From the NCBI GenBank assembly GCA_041577295.1, contig JBFGJG010000046.1, positions 1 to 34,325 on the forward strand: a stretch of 34,325 bases of DNA. Direction: 5' to 3'. The stretch is from Gemmatimonadales bacterium. GTDB lineage: Bacteria > Gemmatimonadota > Gemmatimonadetes > Gemmatimonadales > GWC2-71-9. Of the stretch, positions 1 through 5,998 are shown one piece after another. The translations under genes were made by a program, and so were the position numbers. Numbering within the stretch: position 1 is the first letter of the stretch; every line of letters begins with the position of its first letter. Below the pieces are notes generated by a model. The model saw only the letters and a program-made list of their open reading frames with translations. It was not told the origin of the DNA and did not search any database.

Positions 1-624
1 ATGGATCAGTTCGTCATTCTCAAGGGCGTCTACCATGAATAGGGCGAAGTCGACGCGGCGCGTGACACGGCTCTTGAGTATCGGGTCACCCACGTGTGGA
101 CCCCACACCGGCAGGCCTTGACTCTCGCCCTCTTGTAGGTTGCCTGCTCGCACAACGGTCCATCGAGTGTCGCTGGCAAACACCCTCCGACACGCCTCCA
201 CTTGGTCGTCGACATCCGCGAAGCGAACAAGCCGCGCAGCCCAGCCGAAGGCGCGTACCATCCATTTGAAAGTCCTAGAGTATACGTCCTGGCCGTCCCG
301 CGTGATGTGCCACCCGCAAGAGAACACGAGTCGCGCGCCGTTCGGAGCGTAATCCAACACCGCCTGCGCCGTCCCAGACGAATACTGGTGGACCCCCCAT
401 GGGACCAATACTACAAGGACACCGTCACACCCTAATACGGCCCTCTTGATGACTTCGCGGTCGTTCGTCGCCCCTGGTATGACTGTGATGCGCTTCTTGA
501 ATGCGTCGAGCTTCTCCACGCTGCGGGCTCGGCATACACCAATCACATCGTGGCCACGATCAAGCGCGTGCTTGACCATGTACTTACCGAGTTTCCCGGA
601 GGCTCCGACGATGCACACCTTCAT
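1..624 (-). CDS. NAD(P)H-binding Rossmann-fold oxidoreductase (flavin reductase/BLVRB-like); 3' end runs off the window
   Basis: Absent from the ORF track because there is no stop in the window. Manual translation from ATG at 624 gives MKVCIVGASGKLGKYMVKHALDRGHDVIGVCR...DTRWTVVRAG...VTRRVDFALFMVDALENDELIH, open to base 1. It has the GASGxxG dinucleotide-binding motif and WTVVR motif. Confidence 0.85.
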   Translation of the reverse strand, partial: MKVCIVGASGKLGKYMVKHALDRGHDVIGVCRARSVEKLDAFKKRITVIPGATNDREVIKRAVLGCDGVLVVLVPWGVHQYSSGTAQAVLDYAPNGARLVFSCGWHITRDGQDVYSRTFKWMVRAFGWAARLVRFADVDDQVEACRRVFASDTRWTVVRAGNLQEGESQGLPVWGPHVGDPILKSRVTRRVDFALFMVDALENDELIH

Positions 625-748
625 GTTTCACACTGCTGACGTGTCGCAGAGTTGCCATTTGTTTCCTCGGGCACGTGCGTCGGGCCGAGGCCGGCTCTTT
701 CGACACTTCTTCCCGCGGAGGTGTAAAGGATCTCCCTAGAACAAAGTG

Positions 749-1321
749 TCAAGGATCAACCCGACCGTTCACACGTCGAGCCAAGCGCTCCGAGGAACGC
801 TTGATCGAATCTAGAACTCGGCTGCGGACGACTGTGCTAAACGGACCGACCAGTGCCCAGTACAAGCGGAATCTCCGTCGCGCATGCTCGTCCATCGCGA
901 GGACCCGGGTGACGGTGCTCAACACGGAACCGCCAGCCGGGTCGGGGGTCACGTTAAACGCCCAGATGGCTTTAGCGCGTCCGGGTGCTTGGATTTCGCT
1001 GAACAGGTGGGGGTCGAACTCGACTAGGTGTCCCGAGATCGTCCAAAACCTCCCTATGATCCCGAGTACGAATCCTTTGGGTGGTTCCTCCCGAACGACC
1101 TTAAACCGCATTCTCGCTAGGCCCTCCGCGTTAAGGGCGTAGGAGGGTAGTCCGCGAAGCCTAAAAAGAGCCCGTATCAGGCCGGATGACGACATGTCAA
1201 GCTCCCGCGCCACCTCATACACGACTTTCGCAGGCGCCGCAATGTGGATCGCCTTTCGCGTTTCGACGTCGAAACGTGGGAGAACGCCTTCAAGGGAGGT
1301 ACCTTCAGGACTCAACTGCAT
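749..1321 (-). CDS. Conserved hypothetical protein (DUF2867/SRPBCC-like)
   Basis: Protein-like ORF with LFRLRGL, LGIIGRFW, LSTVTRV and FRLYWALVGPFS segments. The start is moved to ATG 1321 (GGGAG upstream) because the longer ORF overlaps the preceding gene and an attC remnant. Confidence 0.65.
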   Translation of the reverse strand: MQLSPEGTSLEGVLPRFDVETRKAIHIAAPAKVVYEVARELDMSSSGLIRALFRLRGLPSYALNAEGLARMRFKVVREEPPKGFVLGIIGRFWTISGHLVEFDPHLFSEIQAPGRAKAIWAFNVTPDPAGGSVLSTVTRVLAMDEHARRRFRLYWALVGPFSTVVRSRVLDSIKRSSERLARRVNGRVDP

Positions 1322-1348
1322 CTCAGCTCTGCTCCCGCATAAGGTCGA

Positions 1349-1355
1349 GTTAGAC
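1349..1355 (-). mobile_element. attC remnant (R'' box GTCTAAC only)
   Basis: GTCTAAC lies 15 bp after the stop of the quinone reductase gene and is complementary to the GTTAGAC core (2390-2396) that opens this cassette. No convincing right arm is visible. Confidence 0.5.
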
Positions 1356-1370
1356 GGGTCGTACCAGACA

Positions 1371-2354
1371 TTAGATAACCACGACGGCCCGACCTTTCGA
1401 TGCGCTTTCGACGAACTGATGCGCCTTGGCAATGGCATCCAGCGAAAATCGCTCGACCTGCCCAAAACCACTCCAGCCTGCCTTGAGGGCGTGATTCAAT
1501 CCCTCTGCCGCTTTGATCTTTGCCTCTCGTGGAAAATCATCGCTGCCCAGAAAAAACACTGCAATGTTCTTGAAGACGAGCGGCCAAAACGGAATCGAAG
1601 CAGATGCGTTGCCCGTCGCATATGTTCCGATTGATCCACTCAACGCCAGTAGTTGTTCATCGATCGCAATATTAGCATGGAAAGCGACTTCGACCACATG
1701 GTTCACACCGTCAGGCGCAACATTGCGGATTCGCTCGACGATATCGCCTTCGGCAAGATTGCCGGTACACAGGACTTCGTGCGCGCCCGCTGTCGCCGCG
1801 ACCGGCATGTCGCTCTCTGCTCGTACTGTTGCGATCACATGAGCGCCGGCGTCACGGGCTAACGCTACAGCACACAGGCCGACGGCCCCAGCCCCACCCT
1901 GAACTAGCACCGTGCGATCATTGACCGGCCCCGCTACGTGGACGGCGCGGTGAGCCGTGATCCCAGGAATCCCAAGACAAGCCCCCTGTTCGTAGGAGAC
2001 CGCTCCGTCGAGCGGGACTGCCTGTTCTGACGGAACGACGACAAACTCTGCCGCCGTGCCAAACGGCCGGTAACTCTGAGCGCCGTAGCACCAAACGCGC
2101 TCTCCAACCCGTGCGGCGTCGACACCGTCGCCGACCGCCTCGATTTTTCCCGCACCGTCGCTGTGAGGGATAACTTTCAGGAAGGCCATGCCAACACCAA
2201 ACGTGTCTTGGCGTTTCTTAACGTCACCGGGGTTAACACCTGAGGCGGCGACTTTGATACATACTTCACCCGCCCCGGGGACGGGATCAGGCGCTTCTCC
2301 AACAACCAGCACCTCATCAGCCGCACCGGACTGTTCATACCAAGCTGCTTTCAC
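1371..2354 (-). CDS. NADPH:quinone reductase (zeta-crystallin/MDR family), gene cassette
   Basis: SGVNPGD, PHSDGAG, GTAAEF and GGAGAVG motifs. GAGGAG RBS favours GTG 2354 over 2360. Confidence 0.9.
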   Translation of the reverse strand: MKAAWYEQSGAADEVLVVGEAPDPVPGAGEVCIKVAASGVNPGDVKKRQDTFGVGMAFLKVIPHSDGAGKIEAVGDGVDAARVGERVWCYGAQSYRPFGTAAEFVVVPSEQAVPLDGAVSYEQGACLGIPGITAHRAVHVAGPVNDRTVLVQGGAGAVGLCAVALARDAGAHVIATVRAESDMPVAATAGAHEVLCTGNLAEGDIVERIRNVAPDGVNHVVEVAFHANIAIDEQLLALSGSIGTYATGNASASIPFWPLVFKNIAVFFLGSDDFPREAKIKAAEGLNHALKAGWSGFGQVERFSLDAIAKAHQFVESASKGRAVVVI

Positions 2355-2389
2355 GATCACTCCTCAGGTCAAAACCGTTTGCAACGGCG

Positions 2390-2449
2390 GTCTAACGTGT
2401 GGCATCAGCTGCGGCGCGAAGCGACGCCAGCTGCATGCCGTTGCTAGAC
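2390..2449 (-). mobile_element. attC site (60 bp)
   Basis: Minus strand: GTCTAGC-aacGGCATgCAGCTGgcgtcgcttcgcgccgCAGCTGATGCCacac-GTTAGAC. This is an imperfect palindrome with an extrahelical G in the L box. R'' carries an AAC>AGC change. Confidence 0.85.
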
Positions 2450-2453
2450 AGCC

Positions 2454-2540
2454 TCAGTTTTCTTTCATCACCGCTGGCAAGATGTACTCGCGTACCAAGT
2501 GCTCCGGGACCCAGTCTTTGGAGCGGTCGTCGTAGAATCC
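2454..2540 (-). pseudogene. 3' fragment of a deleted cassette gene
   Basis: Reads ...FYDDRSKDWVPEHLVREYILPAVMKEN* and ends 4 bp before the attC R''. It has no start and is fused to the left half of the upstream attC. The YILPA ending is reminiscent of serine-hydrolase C-termini (weak). Confidence 0.45.
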
Positions 2541-2615
2541 AAGGTTGATGCCAGAAGGCTACCAGACCTCGATTCAAACGCGCTGTGCCACGGCAGCTGC
2601 AGCGCCTTGTTAGGC
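2541..2615 (-). mobile_element. Truncated attC (left arm only)
   Basis: Minus strand GCCTAAC-aaggcgctgCAGCTGccgtggcac... downstream of the Coq4-like gene. The matching right arm and GTTRRRY are missing. Confidence 0.7.
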
Positions 2616-2660
2616 GGCAGCCGACGGCACTACGCAATGGGAATCGACGTTCGGTCCCTC

Positions 2661-3116
2661 TCAGGGGACCGTGACGACCCTGATTCCGAACTCTCTGCGG
2701 ATCTCGGCCAGGCGCACGTTCGTGTACTTCTCGAAGTCGGACCAAGGCCAACGCTTCTGCATTCGGAAGCAGCGGAAGAGGACCAACGGTAGGTTCACCA
2801 TAGATTGGAGCGCGGTTCCGGGAACATCGCTCCACTTGATCTGCTCATAGATCTCTTTCGATTCAGGAGACCGATAGTCTCGAATGAGGGAAAGGCCGGC
2901 CGTCGTGCCAAAGAAGCTCCAGATCTTTACCATCGCCTCGTTCGTGAGAGTATTGCTGCAGCCGAATACCACGTGAGCTACATCATGACACCGGAAGAAC
3001 CTTTGCGCCGAAGCTGAGGCGCCCCGCCCAGTTACCAGATCATCACGGCTGCCGTAATACTCGCCTAGACCCTCGGCAAGGGTCATTTCGCGATCGGGAA
3101 ACTGAAAACTCAACAT
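2661..3116 (-). CDS. Coq4-like putative metal-binding protein, gene cassette
   Basis: HDxxHxxxG...E motif (RCHDVAHVVFGCSNTLTNE) and a C-terminal LAEIRREFGI, as in the COQ4 family. Confidence 0.65.
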   Translation of the reverse strand: MLSFQFPDREMTLAEGLGEYYGSRDDLVTGRGASASAQRFFRCHDVAHVVFGCSNTLTNEAMVKIWSFFGTTAGLSLIRDYRSPESKEIYEQIKWSDVPGTALQSMVNLPLVLFRCFRMQKRWPWSDFEKYTNVRLAEIRREFGIRVVTVP

Positions 3117-3123
3117 GGCCGCC

Positions 3124-3167
3124 GCCTAGCGCCCCTGCCAATCGACAGGTGCATTGGCGGGTTAGAC
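3124..3167 (-). mobile_element. Degenerate short attC (44 bp)
   Basis: Minus strand GTCTAAC-ccGCCAATgcacctgtcgATTGGCaggggc-GCTAGGC. It looks internally deleted, and R' has GTT>GCT. Confidence 0.65.
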
Positions 3168-3180
3168 AGCATGCACGCGT

Positions 3181-3723
3181 TCAGAACGCAACTCCAACAC
3201 CAACCCCGAATATTGGCGGCGAGCCAGCAAGACTACTGCCAAGACGATCGAGCGGCACCTGCTGCCACCGCTCGCCGCCTCCGATGATGACCCCTGTGAC
3301 AATGCCAGCGGCCGATCCCACTGGTATCGCCGCAAGCCATCCTATGCAATCAAAAAACTCCGATGACTCGCACGTCGAGGCTCCTAGGAAAGCCACGCCC
3401 ACTCCGACGGCGCTGCCGGCTAAGAAGCCCAGGCCTGCGCCCAGCCAACGTCGGTTGCGGCGAGTTCGCTCTTCAAGGGCTTGGATGGAGTTCCGGAGTA
3501 TAGCGACATCCAGACCACGGACGTGGACGGTCTCGGGCGTAACTGCCGCGAGCGGGCCTTTCGTGCGTTGGCAGCGCGTAAGCGTCTGGGAACCGAGCGT
3601 TGTTGACTGGCAGTCATACGAAACGCGTATGTAGGTACCCACTGCGAGACGCTGCGCGGATGCGGCCTGGATCGGAACACAGAAGATGACCGCTGCCAAG
3701 ACACAGCCGAGCCGTGATCCTAT
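3181..3723 (-). CDS. Hypothetical exported/membrane protein with glycine-rich hydrophobic helices, gene cassette; start uncertain
   Basis: Signal-peptide-like LAAVIFCVPIQAASA and Gly-zipper-like GAGLGFLAGSAVGVG. The ORF-track start (3816) lies inside an attC. Candidate starts are ATA 3723 (after AAAGGGG) or TTG 3699. Confidence 0.6.
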   Translation of the reverse strand: MGSRLGCVLAAVIFCVPIQAASAQRLAVGTYIRVSYDCQSTTLGSQTLTRCQRTKGPLAAVTPETVHVRGLDVAILRNSIQALEERTRRNRRWLGAGLGFLAGSAVGVGVAFLGASTCESSEFFDCIGWLAAIPVGSAAGIVTGVIIGGGERWQQVPLDRLGSSLAGSPPIFGVGVGVAF

Positions 3724-3767
3724 GTCGACCCCCTTTCGCCGACCGGAATCCGTCAGATGGACGTGCA

Positions 3768-3881
3768 GTCTAACGGGTTCGCATCTAAGCTGTGGGCATA
3801 GCCAACTCAAGTGCAAGCGCAGTAACGCGGAGCTTGCACTCCTTAAGAATACGATCCGTCAGCTTCAAATGCTTGTTAGGC
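3768..3881 (-). mobile_element. attC site (114 bp), apparently intact
   Basis: Minus strand GCCTAAC-aaGCATTTgAAGCTG...AGTGCAAGC...GCTTGCACT...CAGCTTAGATGCgaaccc-GTTAGAC. Both R boxes are canonical, with L boxes, an extrahelical G and a long central stem. Confidence 0.9.
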
Positions 3882-3925
3882 CGCATCCCCAGCTACGTGC
3901 GAACAGGACGGACCCCGGGAGCGCC

Positions 3926-4882
3926 CTACGTGGGCCCCAAACGCATCAACAACCAATCGACGATCACGTGTGGCTCGAACTCTGCTTCGTGCCCGCCCTC
4001 AATCTCTACCAGAGTCACGTCAACCGAGTGACGTCGGAGGGCGCCTTCCATTCGTGTAGCATGCTCCCTGCGAATCACCCTATCTGCACGGCCCTGAATG
4101 ATCAGGAACGGAGGGTCGTCTGTGGATGTGTGGGTGATAGGCGATGCCTCTGCGTACACACCCTCCATCTGGAACTTCCCGTCCCGGAACGGGGGGCGGA
4201 CGCCCATGAAGATCACCAGGGACGGCGTTGAGCCTTCCGTAGTCTCGAGCAACGTCAGATCGAAGGGGGCGCCGATGGTCACAACCGCGTTGACCTTCCA
4301 ACTGACGCGCGCGATCTCGTCTGGACTGCCCTGGTGTCCTTCGCCGTCTTCAACACCCAGCAGGGCCGCGAAATGCCCTCCCGACGAGTGACCCAAGGAA
4401 GCAATCCGATTCGGATCGATCCCGAACCCGGCCGCACCGTGGCGCACGAATTGAACCGCCCGCCGCGAGTCCTCGATTCCGCTTGGGTAGTGGAACCGTG
4501 GCGCAGCTCGGTGATTGATGGTGAAGACCGTGAAACCAGCACCCAGCAGCGCGGCCCGAATCGGGTCTACGTACGGGTGTCCGTCCTTCAGCGGCCGGGC
4601 GACCCAGGTAGTATCCGCATGCCAACCGCTCCCGTGGATTACGACAACTCCCGCCCCATTGGGAGCTGATGGCCGGTGAACATCCATAACAAGGGCGAGA
4701 CCGGAGTACATCCCGTACAGCACGTTCCGCTGGACACTCGCTTGGCTTTGGCCCTGAAGCGGCGCGATCATGGCTGTGCAAATTACGGCCCCTGTCGCTG
4801 TAGCCAGGCCGCGCACAAGCGCGCCCAAGCGAACCCGCGAGGGTCGTGTCAGGACACCAGAGCTGTTCACCCTACCGGTCAT
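3926..4882 (-). CDS. Alpha/beta hydrolase (esterase/lipase), probably exported, first gene cassette
   Basis: HGSGW oxyanion region, GHSSGG nucleophile elbow, QGRADRVI (Asp) and GGH (His). GAGGT RBS. Confidence 0.9.
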   Translation of the reverse strand: MTGRVNSSGVLTRPSRVRLGALVRGLATATGAVICTAMIAPLQGQSQASVQRNVLYGMYSGLALVMDVHRPSAPNGAGVVVIHGSGWHADTTWVARPLKDGHPYVDPIRAALLGAGFTVFTINHRAAPRFHYPSGIEDSRRAVQFVRHGAAGFGIDPNRIASLGHSSGGHFAALLGVEDGEGHQGSPDEIARVSWKVNAVVTIGAPFDLTLLETTEGSTPSLVIFMGVRPPFRDGKFQMEGVYAEASPITHTSTDDPPFLIIQGRADRVIRREHATRMEGALRRHSVDVTLVEIEGGHEAEFEPHVIVDWLLMRLGPT

Positions 4883-5074
4883 ACCTCACTCCTCCCACGA
4901 GAGTGCGGCCTAAACGAATTCCGCGCAATGAGGGGCGTTATCGCCGGGCACGATGGCGTCCTGAGGGGCCTCAAAGCCGGCTGAGAACACGCTAAGTCAG
5001 GTGAGGTGACGAGCGTTATCTAACCGTCGAAGGGCAAGTTACGACGAATCTGACCCCTATTTACATCGATCGAT

Positions 5075-5450
5075 TGGAAGCGTTAGACGCCCCTTTGGAA
5101 GCTCAATGCAGGCGGGTGGATGCTTACATCTAGCCGAATGAAGCCTCGTAGCGGCGTGGTAAAGCTTAGGTGCGGCTATGAAAAGCTTACGGCGGCGGTG
5201 GGTAAGCTTGCGAACGCCGATTGTGAAGCTTACAAGCAGCGTCGGGAAGCTTACGGACGCCCATGTGAAGCTTACAGTAGGCCGTTTGAAGCTTCCAGAG
5301 GCTCGTTCGAAGCTCGAGAATGACAACTCCACGCTCGAAAATGGTGTCTTTAAGCTCGTAAACGAGCATTCGAAATTCAGTGATTGCGATTTGACACTTC
5401 GAAAAGGCGATTTCGAGCGTGGAAAAAACGTTTCGAGGCCTCGAAACGAT
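5075..5450. repeat. Degenerate 21-bp tandem repeat with AAGCT(T) core, ~18 units
   Basis: Core or variants start at 5078, 5099, 5120, 5141, 5162, 5183, 5204, 5226, 5247, 5268, 5289, 5310, 5331, 5352, 5373, 5394, 5415 and 5436. All are 21 apart except one 22-bp step. Confidence 0.85.
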
Positions 5451-5479
5451 GAAGTAGGGCTCGCCGCTTCGCCATTTAA

Positions 5480-5905
5480 CTAACTGTTCGTACCGCCCGG
5501 ACTCCTATCCCCCTCCCGCTTCTCAATCAGATCCCATCGATTCCCGTAGAGGTCCTCGAACACGGCGACGGTCCCGTAATCCGCCTGCTTGGGCTCGCGA
5601 ACAAACGTAACCCCAGCAGCACGCATGTCGTTGTAATCACGCCAAAAATCGTCGGTGGCGAGAAAGAGAAACACTCGGCCACCGGTCTGCCGCCCAATCG
5701 CCGCCTTCTGCTCGTCATTCGATGCTCGCGCAAGCAGCAACGTCGTCCCCCCACCACCAGGCGGCGCCACCACCACCCAACGCTTGTCCTGCTCAGGCTG
5801 GTATGTGTCCTCAACGAGGGTGAAGTGAAGCTTACTACAGAAGAACGCGATCGCCTCGTCGTAGTCTGTCACGACGAGCGCCACATGAATGATCTCTTGT
5901 TTCAT
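5480..5905 (-). CDS. VOC/glyoxalase family protein
   Basis: MKQEIIHVALVVTDYDEAIAFF...KRWVVV...QTGGRVFLFLATDDF...YGTVAVFEDLYGNRWDL. The start is moved to ATG 5905. Confidence 0.9.
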   Translation of the reverse strand: MKQEIIHVALVVTDYDEAIAFFCSKLHFTLVEDTYQPEQDKRWVVVAPPGGGGTTLLLARASNDEQKAAIGRQTGGRVFLFLATDDFWRDYNDMRAAGVTFVREPKQADYGTVAVFEDLYGNRWDLIEKREGDRSPGGTNS

Positions 5906-5998
5906 GATAGGGAAATCTACTCGAGGGACCCGCCCGTCCACCCTTCCGCCCTTTCCTTCAGACGTTTGGTCTTTCCGCCTTCCCACTTTCGTCGTTCT

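Noticed and set aside
202..739. Plus-strand ORFs 202-435 and 446-739
   Set aside because: They are shadows of the real minus-strand oxidoreductase at 1-624.
625..748. Additional attC between the first two genes
   Set aside because: No RYYYAAC/GTTRRRY pair or L-box palindrome was found, so the left limit of the array is uncertain.
5075..5450. CRISPR array
   Set aside because: The conserved core is only 5-6 bp, the period is 21 bp and there are no cas genes in the window.
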